42,420 nucleotides of DNA, taken from positions 1 to 42,420 of IMG/VR virus record IMGVR_UViG_3300033513_000023. One strand, given 5' to 3'. The notes below the pieces were generated by a model. The model searched no databases, was not told the origin of the DNA, and worked only from the letters and a program-made list of their open reading frames with translations. This DNA comes from a virus. Its lineage: Duplodnaviria > Caudoviricetes. A program made the translations under genes and the position numbers. How positions within the stretch are numbered: the first letter of the stretch is position 1; every line of letters begins with the position of its first letter. Positions 1 to 7,464 of this stretch are shown piece after piece.

Positions 1-127
1 CATAACCTCGAACAGTTTTAGTACACTAGCGTCCGTTCTGCTCTGTGCTTTGTTCTTTAACTGAACAGGAACTTGTTTAGTGGTTGTAGTCGCCCAACTA
101 CTGTAACCAGCACAGAGTTGGGCTACA
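1..127. repeat. Terminal direct repeat, copy 1 (127 bp, probable assembler circular overlap)
   Basis: cataacctcg...ttgggctaca is identical at 1-127 and 42294-42420; 127 is a common maximum k-mer; an ORF continues in frame across the junction. Confidence 0.95.
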
Positions 128-186
128 GGGTCAAAATGCGGTAGTTGTGCAAGCGTACCGCGAGTAATGATCTGTTGTGGTTGCAT
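1..186 (-). CDS. 5' half of a ~123 aa putative winged-helix protein spanning the circular junction (continues 42293..42108)
   Basis: ATG at 186, just after the ssb stop; frame MQPQQIITRG...LFEVM is open into MGTKAWSVKEL... Confidence 0.7.
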   Translation of the reverse strand, partial: MQPQQIITRGTLAQLPHFDPVAQLCAGYSSWATTTTKQVPVQLKNKAQSRTDASVLKLFEVM

Positions 187-188
187 GG

Positions 189-611
189 TCAGAAAGGCGC
201 GTCAGAGTCGAAGTCGTCAAATGCACCTTTAGGCTGTTGCTTTGCTGGTGCAGATTCTTTCGGCTGGCTTTCTTGATGCTCAGATTTACCGCCAAGCATG
301 TGCATTTCATTGACGATAATCTCTGTGGTGTACCTGTCCTTTCCTTCTTTATTCTGCCATTTACGAGTCTGTATTTTACCTTCAACGTAAATATGTGCGC
401 CTTTTTTCAGATACTCTCCGGCGATTTCAGCAAGGCGGCGGTAGAACGTCAGATTATGCCATTCTGTTTTCTCTACCTTTTCTCCGTTCTTGTCCTTGTA
501 GTTTTCGGAAGTCGCCAGGGAGACATTGGTCACCGCTTCGCCGTTGGTCATGTAACGGGTTTCGGGGTCTTTGCCTAGGCGACCAACCAAGATTACTTTG
601 TTAACGCTCAT
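189..611 (-). CDS. ssb: Single-stranded DNA-binding protein
   Basis: [32 protein letters not shown] and acidic tail DDFDSDAPF. Confidence 0.98.
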   Translation of the reverse strand: MSVNKVILVGRLGKDPETRYMTNGEAVTNVSLATSENYKDKNGEKVEKTEWHNLTFYRRLAEIAGEYLKKGAHIYVEGKIQTRKWQNKEGKDRYTTEIIVNEMHMLGGKSEHQESQPKESAPAKQQPKGAFDDFDSDAPF

Positions 612-625
612 GCTTTGCTGCTCCT

Positions 626-1345
626 TTAATTTAACTTCTTAAGTTCACTGCGGGTTTTTGAATCAAGTCTGTTGTTAATCCATGCCGCTTGGTATGCATC
701 TAACATTTGATTAGTTAGATATTCTTTAATTCCTGAATAGTTCTGCTCCATTCCAAGAACCGTATCAAGCACTACAGAGATAAACTCTGACTCTTCTCCT
801 TCTGGATTGTAGTCTGGATTCTCCGAAGGTTTATGTACGGATTGTTTAATCCCAAGTCGTTCAGAAGCTGCACGACTAGCCATAATCTGATCGAATCCTT
901 CCGGTGTAGCCCACTTAGGAAGATTAGGCGTTTTAGACAGCTTCCAAGACCTTCCAGCAGGGCTAATTTCAACCCATTCGTTAGGCAAGCCATACAGGTA
1001 TTGGCCGATTCCCCAAAGCACTGCTGCGCGTTTAAATGCGTCCGAGATAGCACCTTTCTCTGCTTCAATATCGGTATCGCCTGCACCACCAGCACGCCAA
1101 ATCCACTCACCATCAATTTTTGCACCAATGTCACAGATAGTCTTGCCTTCGGCATGTGAGTATTTGCATTGCCAGTTAAGCCCAAACACTTCATCAAGTC
1201 GGTGCATCACATCCCTAGCGTCAATGTAAGCTAGAGCGATTCCTTTTGTCTTTTCAGAGTTGGTAGAGCCTACACGCCAGCTAATCTTTTTAGGATCAAA
1301 AGGGCGCTTTAGCGCATTCATTATGTCGTTCATTGTCTGCCTCAT
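626..1345 (-). CDS. Rad52/Sak-family single-strand annealing recombinase
   Basis: [46 protein letters not shown]; adjacent to ssb. Confidence 0.9.
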   Translation of the reverse strand: MRQTMNDIMNALKRPFDPKKISWRVGSTNSEKTKGIALAYIDARDVMHRLDEVFGLNWQCKYSHAEGKTICDIGAKIDGEWIWRAGGAGDTDIEAEKGAISDAFKRAAVLWGIGQYLYGLPNEWVEISPAGRSWKLSKTPNLPKWATPEGFDQIMASRAASERLGIKQSVHKPSENPDYNPEGEESEFISVVLDTVLGMEQNYSGIKEYLTNQMLDAYQAAWINNRLDSKTRSELKKLN

Positions 1346-1460
1346 GTTGAGCTACGAATTCTTGAAAGTCTCCTTTGCGTACTTCTTCAACTTCCTTGCG
1401 CATTAGATATTCATATTCCTCTTGTTGTCCTACTTGTTGAAACCATTGTAGTTGGTTCAT
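1296..1460 (-). CDS. Small acidic protein (54 aa) ending in KAPF
   Basis: Translated by eye as MNQLQWFQQVGQQEEYEY...ECAKAPF; start overlaps the upstream stop (ATGA). Confidence 0.55.
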   Translation of the reverse strand: MNQLQWFQQVGQQEEYEYLMRKEVEEVRKGDFQEFVAQHEADNERHNECAKAPF

Positions 1461-1534
1461 TTTCCATCGTAAAAAGCAGCAATCACCACAAATGCTATAA
1501 AAATTAATAGCAATAAAAACTGAATGCTATCCAT
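1457..1534 (-). CDS. 25 aa single-pass membrane mini-protein
   Basis: MDSIQFLLLLIFIAFVVIAAFYDGK; aagga-type RBS upstream. Confidence 0.5.
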   Translation of the reverse strand: MDSIQFLLLLIFIAFVVIAAFYDGK

Positions 1535-1564
1535 TTCATTTCCTTTCAGTAAATTCACCACGTT

Positions 1565-1845
1565 TCATTAGACAATACTTGCCATTAGCAGGGGTCAGGG
1601 GTTATCCCCTACCTGCAACCCAGTTCCTTAGCCTATTCCTGCAATCCTATTCATTGAGCGATCAGATAAGTCAGTATCTGCAACTGCCCTTCTGCGTAAT
1701 CCAGTAACTACGCATATAACCCCTTTTACGCCGCTCGTCTGGTGCTATTTGGCTCTTTGCACCGCGACCCCTGCCTTCGCAGGATTGCATTACGTCTATT
1801 CTTCCACGCCACCGACTACCGTGCTTAATATAGTTTGGAGTACTG
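1565..1845 (-). ncRNA. Structured element copy A (unknown family), downstream of C4-like module A
   Basis: Shares GTACTCC..ATA..AAG-hairpin-GCGTGGA, CTGAT..GAAT..GATTGCA and TGTCTAA motifs with 10580-10840; several hairpins; 9-bp long-range pair 1781-1789/1640-1648. Confidence 0.65.
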
Positions 1846-1858
1846 CAACCGTGGGCGC

Positions 1859-2015
1859 AAAAAAGCCCTTGAAGACTGAATGCTGTTTGGTCGTCGAAAC
1901 AAGCGGAATTCTTGAGGAAGAGAAGGCTTTTGCTTGAATCGGCACAGCACCCAGACTTTAAGGGCTTCTTAGCTTCTCTTCCAATTACCGCAAAATCGAA
2001 CCGACCAAAGTCCAA
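1859..2015 (-). ncRNA. C4-like antisense/attenuator module A with upstream a1/b1-like targets
   Basis: Long stem 1863-1886/1944-1967 ending in a U-run; internal CTTCTCTTCC and CGACCAAA are complementary to upstream GGAAGAGAAG (1973-1982) and TTTGGTCG (2002-2009). Confidence 0.75.
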
Positions 2016-2025
2016 AGTTGCAGTG

Positions 2026-2358
2026 CTATTGTGCATCATTTTTGCCATTTCGTGCAAGTCCTTTCTTTAACTTTCTGAAGCATGACCATCTATTAGCGTA
2101 ACCGTTATCAGACATCCATATAAGCAATCTCATCTGATGTATTGGATTCTTCCATCGGAGGCGCGGCATCTTGGCCTTCTTCTTCATTTCGTTGAACGTC
2201 GCTTCCTGGAACTGAGCAATCCCTACACTTACACCATCATCGCCCGCAGCGTCATATCGTCCGCTAGATTCGCATTCGATAATATCAACCATTAGCTTTG
2301 CATCCATAGCATTAACTGATGGGATGTAGAGTAAGAGAAGGATTGATAGAAGTCTCAC
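2026..2358 (-). CDS. Secreted lysozyme-fold / lytic transglycosylase-like protein
   Basis: Signal-peptide-like N-terminus (RLLSILLLLYIPSVNA); IIECESSG catalytic Glu motif; GIAQF; GTG start overlapping the upstream stop. Confidence 0.75.
   Translation of the reverse strand: MRLLSILLLLYIPSVNAMDAKLMVDIIECESSGRYDAAGDDGVSVGIAQFQEATFNEMKKKAKMPRLRWKNPIHQMRLLIWMSDNGYANRWSCFRKLKKGLARNGKNDAQ
2028..2057 (-). promoter_or_regulatory. Putative sigma70 promoter for module A
   Basis: TTGCAC-18 nt-CACAAT. Confidence 0.45.
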
Positions 2359-2570
2359 TTCAAAACTCCACGCCATTGCAATTCCTTGTTAGAACTGACA
2401 GCGCCTAGTCGAAATTCATGATATGCATCTTTAGCATCCGTTCCCCAAACAAACCAAACTTTATCAAACCAACAATACTTAATCCCACATAATAAACGGC
2501 GTTGGTACAATCCTGCTCGACTTGGTTTTATTTTTCCATCATTCCACTGAGACAGTTTAAGTTTTTTCAT
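2355..2570 (-). CDS. Hypothetical phage protein
   Basis: ATG overlaps the upstream stop; KPSRAGLYQR...WRGV. Confidence 0.65.
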   Translation of the reverse strand: MKKLKLSQWNDGKIKPSRAGLYQRRLLCGIKYCWFDKVWFVWGTDAKDAYHEFRLGAVSSNKELQWRGVLK

Positions 2571-2731
2571 ATCGAAATCACCACGTAAAAAGCAATCAAA
2601 GCAGAGAACGTACTCAATGCCAATCCACAAATAACCCCATCCTTGAAACCTGTTCGATGTGTCCACCAGATTACATCATCCATCCATTTTGCAATACGGT
2701 TACGGCGTGAGCGGCGGTTAAATGTTGTCAT
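2567..2731 (-). CDS. Small membrane protein
   Basis: Basic N-terminus plus hydrophobic C-terminal helix; translationally coupled. Confidence 0.6.
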   Translation of the reverse strand: MTTFNRRSRRNRIAKWMDDVIWWTHRTGFKDGVICGLALSTFSALIAFYVVISI

Positions 2732-3060
2732 ACCGTTCCCTTTCCTTTGCAATTCCTGCAAGTAGTTCCTTCGTAGTGACCTTCTCCGCTACCGTTACAG
2801 CTAGCGCAGATATTGTCGCTATCATCGTTATTTTCAATTTCTTTAATCAGCGCACAAGCTGCATCCTCAAGCTCAGTAACGCTTCCAGTTAAATCAGCAA
2901 CTCGCGCAATCAGTTCGTTTACTACCCACAAGCATTCTTGCAAGTCTGCGTCTTTGATAAACGCACCAGCGCATAACATATCGTAGCGGCGAGCTTTACG
3001 GTTTTCTTCTGCAAGCTCATAACGTGCTTGTTGGATTGCTTGGATTTCTTTGGATAGCAT
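2728..3060 (-). CDS. Protein with C-terminal DnaJ-type CxxCxGxG zinc finger
   Basis: CASCNGSG...CRNCKGKG; RBS ggagattgaaATG. Confidence 0.75.
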   Translation of the reverse strand: MLSKEIQAIQQARYELAEENRKARRYDMLCAGAFIKDADLQECLWVVNELIARVADLTGSVTELEDAACALIKEIENNDDSDNICASCNGSGEGHYEGTTCRNCKGKGTV

Positions 3061-3072
3061 TTCAATCTCCAA

Positions 3073-3354
3073 TTACGCAATAGAGTTAATTACACAATCA
3101 CTCAATTTTTGGATTTGCCAATCAGACCTATCGAATACATAATTATTTTCTGTTCCGTGAACATAGCCTTTAATATTTTTCGCCACAATCTTATGGCTGT
3201 CAGATGCTATACATTCAAAAACTGAATCAAGATAACTACGGTCTCCACGATTGTTCCTCACGCCAAACCTGTCTCCGCAAGAAGGAAATTCAATCGAGCA
3301 TTTGCAATTTTTACGTACATAAACTACACCATTTAAAACAATTTCATTTTCCAT
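3073..3354 (-). CDS. Hypothetical protein (first gene of the leftward operon)
   Basis: ggagattaaaATG start, MENEIVLNGVVYVRK. Confidence 0.7.
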   Translation of the reverse strand: MENEIVLNGVVYVRKNCKCSIEFPSCGDRFGVRNNRGDRSYLDSVFECIASDSHKIVAKNIKGYVHGTENNYVFDRSDWQIQKLSDCVINSIA

Positions 3355-3372
3355 TTTAATCTCCATGTTAAA

Positions 3373-3590
3373 GTAATTAGCAGTAGTGAAGGTGGCTGGG
3401 CTTGATTCCAGCTTTGGCAAGTTACACGCTTAACTTCTCTTTGCTGCCACACAAAGAATCACCGTTTGGGTCACAAGTCTTTTGCAAATACGGTCACTTA
3501 ATCCCAATTCGTTAGCTCGTTCCGATGTCTGCTAACTACTCCTGCATAACTGTGTGTCCATCCACACCGCACCTTCCTGCTGCTAACTAC
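3373..3590 (-). ncRNA. tRNA-like scaffold RNA with a 139-nt insert in place of the anticodon arm
   Basis: Acceptor GAAGGTG/CACCTTC extended by a ~14-bp stem; D-arm GTGT-GGATGGAC-ACAC; T-arm GCTGG-AATCAAGC-CCAGC. Confidence 0.65.
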
Positions 3591-3857
3591 TACAAATTAG
3601 GGATGCTGGCGAATCAGAGAAAAACGCAGTCGGATAATTCATCGGGCCGCATATCTGGTAACTAACTTGCCAGCATTTACAACAACTACCAAAACATAAT
3701 GCATTTAATGCTCTGTTACTTGCTGCTCTACGGGTTTTCGGGATTCTAGCCTATCTCCTAGCACTCGCGCACCGCTGACAACTTCATGCCCCCTCGCGCT
3801 TTTCCCTTGCTTCGCCCAATCTACTTTAGCCGTGGCGTGTTTCGATTGAGTGGTGAC

Positions 3858-3886
3858 ATTACATCACAACTATTATCACAGCGCAA
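3858..3886 (-). promoter_or_regulatory. Leftward early promoter (PL-like)
   Basis: TTGCGC-17 nt-TGTAAT with TGTG extension; ATCACA direct repeats within the spacer could be an operator. Confidence 0.6.
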
Positions 3887-3960
3887 GCATTATTTAATCT
3901 TTTTGCATCTTTATTTGATGGGAAAACTAACTACTTTTCCAACATGCAACATATACTATA

Positions 3961-3969
3961 TGTTATACT
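3961..3969 (+). promoter_or_regulatory. Rightward extended -10 promoter
   Basis: TG-T-TATACT followed by aggaggtg RBS. Confidence 0.5.
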
Positions 3970-3990
3970 TAAAACATTAAAGGAGGTGAT

Positions 3991-4152
3991 ATGAAAGATT
4001 GGAAAGCAGAGTGCGATATTTTGCGCGGCGAGATAAAGAGTTTGAAAGAGCAGCTTAAGTACGAACGAGATAGGCGAGAGCAACGTGAATATCGTGCAGA
4101 TGAATTGCGCGACAAATTCAAAGAATTAATAATTGAAGTTCTTGGAAAGTAA
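3991..4152 (+). CDS. 53 aa coiled-coil protein
   Basis: Strong RBS aggaggtg; MKDWKAECDILRGEIKSLKEQL...EVLGK. Confidence 0.7.
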   Translation: MKDWKAECDILRGEIKSLKEQLKYERDRREQREYRADELRDKFKELIIEVLGK

Positions 4153-4162
4153 AGGTTAAAAC

Positions 4163-4354
4163 ATGCTGCAACAAATGATTACAGACTTAAGCAAGACAAT
4201 GACCCAGCAAGATATTGCCACGAAGATCGGCCCTGGTATCTACCAGCACACGATCAGCAGAATCATCCACAGAGGTCAGAAGTCAATCAATCTAGCCTCT
4301 TGGGAGAAGTTGAAGAAGTTGCATAGGAAGGTGATGAGGAACAAGAGCCAATAG
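4163..4354 (+). CDS. Cro-like helix-turn-helix regulator
   Basis: MTQQDIATKIGPGIYQHTISRI HTH pattern; size and position typical of cro. Confidence 0.8.
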   Translation: MLQQMITDLSKTMTQQDIATKIGPGIYQHTISRIIHRGQKSINLASWEKLKKLHRKVMRNKSQ

Positions 4355-4355
4355 A

Positions 4356-4544
4356 ATGCTTACATCAGAAAAATACGCAAATAGAAAATTTGCTGGATTT
4401 AATACGGTTACATTTACTAACCGTTATGAATGCAAGCATTTGAGCGGGTGGTATGTTCATATTGATGTTACATATCTTTGGTTTTTCACAGTTAAGAAGC
4501 GTATTTTTGTTTGCAGTGATTGCGGATATGGAACTAATGCTTGA
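4356..4544 (+). CDS. Small Cys/His protein
   Basis: CKH...CSDCG; coupled to the cro-like gene. Confidence 0.6.
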   Translation: MLTSEKYANRKFAGFNTVTFTNRYECKHLSGWYVHIDVTYLWFFTVKKRIFVCSDCGYGTNA

Positions 4545-4547
4545 TAG

Positions 4548-4576
4548 TTGACATATCTAGTTAGTTGTAAGATACT
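4548..4576 (+). promoter_or_regulatory. Strong sigma70 promoter for module C and the replication genes
   Basis: TTGACA-17 nt-GATACT. Confidence 0.75.
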
Positions 4577-4582
4577 TCGATT

Positions 4583-4708
4583 GTCTATTGTCCGATAGAT
4601 GATTATGAATGAAGTCCTCTACGTTGAGGGCTGCTTTGTGTACCGTGGGGAATTCATTCACCCCCATTGTAGGCCGGACAGCCCAGCTCTCAACATAGGG
4701 GATTTTTT
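4583..4708 (+). ncRNA. C4-like antisense/attenuator module C
   Basis: Stem 4612-4633/4684-4708 ending in a U-run; TTCATTCA (4653-4660) and CGGACA (4675-4680) are complementary to TGAATGAA (4606-4613) and TGTCCG (4589-4594). Confidence 0.7.
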
Positions 4709-4709
4709 C

Positions 4710-4835
4710 ATGGCCAATAGTAAATTCGCAACACCTCTCCGCATCTCCAAGATGATTCCAATGGTATTACCGCAATACAAACGAGAAGCAATTCTAGCTC
4801 TTTGTGCTGAACTTAAAAAAGCACTCGGTAGCTGA
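4710..4835 (+). CDS. 41 aa hypothetical protein
   Basis: MANSKFATPLRISKM...; begins right after the U-run of module C. Confidence 0.5.
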   Translation: MANSKFATPLRISKMIPMVLPQYKREAILALCAELKKALGS

Positions 4836-4837
4836 GT

Positions 4838-5617
4838 ATGCACTTCTACGACTTCAACATAGGCGACTACGCCAAGAAGACAAGTCACCTCACAAACGGC
4901 GAGGATTTGGCATATAGACGCGCTCTTGATGTGTACTATGACACTGAGCAACCATTCGATCTAAGCGGTGGGTTAGCGACACTTAGCCGTAGGTTACGGG
5001 TTGACGAAAAAGATCTGAAAAACGTCATTGATGAGTTCTTTCCTGATGGCAGAAACAAGCACGCCGATGAGAAAATCGCAGCATATTACGCATTCTTGGA
5101 ACGGCAAAAAGCTAATGGTAAGCTCGGAGGAAGGCCAAAGCATAAGGATTTAAAACCCAGTGCTAACCCAGTGGTTAGCCAAAATAACCCAGTGCCTAGC
5201 CAACCACTACCCACTAAGCCACTACCCACTAACCAAATAAATACAGAGCCGACTTCTGGCGAAGTCGAGCCATTTACTGGAACTTATAAAAAAGCAGTAA
5301 ACATTAAAACATTCCTTGAAGACTGCGAAAAGAACAACGTAAAAAGAATCCCTGAGACTGACCCTGTTTTTGATTTTGCAGAATCAAACAAAATTCCGAT
5401 GGATATGATTAAGGTTTGCTGGTGGAAATTCGTTAGAGACCATTCGGAAAAAAAGAAACGGTATCAGGATTGGAGAGCCGCATTCAGAAATTGCGTAAGG
5501 GATAGCTGGTATTCATTCTGGATTATTGAGGCAGATGGAACCGTAAAAGAAACTACAAAATTTAGGGCTGCAAAAAACGAAATGGCTTCTGTAAAGGAAA
5601 ACGCAAATGCAGAATGA
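4838..5617 (+). CDS. Replication initiator, DUF1376/YdaU-like N-terminus
   Basis: MHFYDFNIGDYAKKTSHL...AYRRALDVYYDTEQP, NGKLGGRP; C-terminal DWRAAFRNC; precedes dnaB. Confidence 0.85.
   Translation: MHFYDFNIGDYAKKTSHLTNGEDLAYRRALDVYYDTEQPFDLSGGLATLSRRLRVDEKDLKNVIDEFFPDGRNKHADEKIAAYYAFLERQKANGKLGGRPKHKDLKPSANPVVSQNNPVPSQPLPTKPLPTNQINTEPTSGEVEPFTGTYKKAVNIKTFLEDCEKNNVKRIPETDPVFDFAESNKIPMDMIKVCWWKFVRDHSEKKKRYQDWRAAFRNCVRDSWYSFWIIEADGTVKETTKFRAAKNEMASVKENANAE
5154..5232 (+). repeat. Probable origin iterons inside the initiator gene
   Basis: AACCCAGTG x3 (5154, 5165, 5186) and CCACTACCCACTAA x2 (5204, 5219), followed by an A-rich tract. Confidence 0.7.
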
Positions 5618-6911
5618 ACAAAGTGTATTGGGTGCGCTACTAATCCAGTCCGACAGAATGGACGATATAGACCTGACTGCTGACGATTTTGTATCTTCCG
5701 CACACCAGGATATTTTCACGGCGATCTGCAAGCTTCACGCAAAAGGGAAACCTGTAGATGTAATTACCGTATCCGAGGTTCTTGATATTGATGGGAAGCT
5801 AAACTATGTCGGAGGTATGGCTTATCTAGGTTCGATTTACTCAGGTACTCCATCGGCAGCAAACATTAAATCTTATGCAGGAATCGTAAAGAATAATTCA
5901 ATTCTTCGTTCGCTCAAGGAAATCAGTGTAGATATTCACAGCAAGGCAGAGTTGAAGGTAAACCCTGCGGAGATTGCAGAACAGGCCGAGTCGCAGATTT
6001 TCGAGCTAATGACTAAGCGAGACACACGCGAACCTGTAATGCTTTCTGACGCTCTTGAAGAAGCGATACTTCACGTTGAGCAACGATATTCAGGGGCGGC
6101 TATAGCGATGCCTACAGGACTTGCAGACTTGGATAAGGAGTTGGGTGGAGGATTCCACAAAGGCAGCCTAAACATCCTTGCAGCGCGTCCTAAGATGGGG
6201 AAAACGGCACTGGCCTGCACTATGGCCGTTACTGCTGCAAAAGCTGGAGGGGTTATCTATTTTGCCAGCCTTGAAATGCCTCGCAGGGAAATAGCCAATA
6301 GGATGATAGCAATTACCTCTGGACATCCTACAGATTCAGTTATGGAAAATCCTACAGCAATGGACACGGTGACTGTAGCGATTGATAAGCTGAAAAAGTT
6401 AAAAATCATCATTGATGATGAGGCTGGGATAACGATTGGTAAACTCAGATCGCGGGTTAGGAAGACACAGCGCAAGCACGGGTTGAGCATGGTTGTAGTG
6501 GACTATCTACAGCTTATGCGCGGCGAAGGTAACAACAGGGAGCAAGAGATTGCAGGAATTAGTAGAGGGCTTAAAGGATTGTCTAAAGAACTTGATTGCC
6601 CTGTGTTGTGCTTGGCTCAAGTAAACCGAGATTGCGAGGCAAGAATGGACAAGAGGCCATTTATGTCTGACCTTCGAGAATCAGGCGCTATTGAACAGGA
6701 CGCCGACTTGGTTATGATGATTTACCGAGACGAAGTTTACAACAAAGACACTGACATGAAAGGAATCGCAGAGGTATTGATTCGAGCAAACCGTCATGGA
6801 GGATGCGCTGATATTTGTTGCGGATTTGACGGTCGGATTACTCGATTTAACAATTTGGATGAACATTGGCAAAGGCCACAACCAGCAGAAAAGAAAGGCA
6901 GGGGATTATGA
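5607..6911 (+). CDS. dnaB: Replicative DNA helicase
   Basis: AARPKMGKT, SLEM, VVVDYLQLM, DLRESGAIEQDAD. Confidence 0.97.
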   Translation: MQNEQSVLGALLIQSDRMDDIDLTADDFVSSAHQDIFTAICKLHAKGKPVDVITVSEVLDIDGKLNYVGGMAYLGSIYSGTPSAANIKSYAGIVKNNSILRSLKEISVDIHSKAELKVNPAEIAEQAESQIFELMTKRDTREPVMLSDALEEAILHVEQRYSGAAIAMPTGLADLDKELGGGFHKGSLNILAARPKMGKTALACTMAVTAAKAGGVIYFASLEMPRREIANRMIAITSGHPTDSVMENPTAMDTVTVAIDKLKKLKIIIDDEAGITIGKLRSRVRKTQRKHGLSMVVVDYLQLMRGEGNNREQEIAGISRGLKGLSKELDCPVLCLAQVNRDCEARMDKRPFMSDLRESGAIEQDADLVMMIYRDEVYNKDTDMKGIAEVLIRANRHGGCADICCGFDGRITRFNNLDEHWQRPQPAEKKGRGL

Positions 6912-7093
6912 ATTATCTGGACGAAGTTGAAAAAATGCTTATTTCATTGCGAAGCGATTACGTGCGAACAAAATATGAACACGGTATTTTGATGTCGGCA
7001 CTACAATTTATCGAAAGTAATCCGTCAGAAACACCTGCTGAATACGCCGTAATGAGAGACATTGCAAGAAAGGCAATCAATGAGTGCGATTGA
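6908..7093 (+). CDS. Hypothetical protein
   Basis: ATG overlaps the dnaB stop. Confidence 0.6.
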   Translation: MNYLDEVEKMLISLRSDYVRTKYEHGILMSALQFIESNPSETPAEYAVMRDIARKAINECD

Positions 7094-7250
7094 ACGGCTT
7101 AAAGCAAATTCAGATAGAGCAAAAGTTAACGCATGGCTTGATAGTATCGGAGAATTCGACGAATCCTGCCGCAATGAAGTCTTAGAACTTTGCTCTAAAG
7201 ACATTGAATACCGTAAATCAATCCTGAAAAATATAAATGACAACACTTAA
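7080..7250 (+). CDS. Hypothetical protein
   Basis: Coupled small ORF MSAIERLKANSDRAKVNAWLD. Confidence 0.6.
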   Translation: MSAIERLKANSDRAKVNAWLDSIGEFDESCRNEVLELCSKDIEYRKSILKNINDNT

Positions 7251-7434
7251 ACAGACTTTGATTTTAAACATCCTAACCGAGCTAAACATGGCAAAGGCTA
7301 AACGTTCTGCGCTGGTTAGGTCTGATTTAGCTACTGACCGGATAGATTCCAGGATTGCGTATCTGGAAAGGAAGTTGGGAGAGATTGAAAAAGAGCAGCA
7401 CAGCAATAGGAATTGTGATAAGATTAAACAATAA
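7237..7434 (+). CDS. Hypothetical coiled-coil protein
   Basis: Coupled ORF. Confidence 0.55.
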   Translation: MTTLKQTLILNILTELNMAKAKRSALVRSDLATDRIDSRIAYLERKLGEIEKEQHSNRNCDKIKQ

Positions 7435-7464
7435 TTAACAACTAAAATTCACGGTGCTATTGAT

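Noticed and set aside
1-127. Biological terminal repeat of the virion DNA
   Set aside because: The length equals a common assembler k-mer and it falls mid-ORF; more likely a circularisation overlap
1671-2057. 128 aa minus-strand ORF (and 1749-1937 on plus)
   Set aside because: Starts inside the predicted -35 box, has no RBS and overlies the C4-like stem and structured element; treated as non-coding
3373-3590. tmRNA or intron-containing tRNA
   Set aside because: No G3:U70, no CCA end and no evident tag frame; the insert is too short and lacks recognisable group I core motifs
4599-4709. N-terminal extension of ORF 4599-4835
   Set aside because: Overlaps C4-like module C; ATG 4710 is preferred, though a translated leader cannot be excluded
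5154-5232. CRISPR mini-array
   Set aside because: Repeats are 9-14 bp, nearly adjacent, and inside a coding gene; they fit iterons
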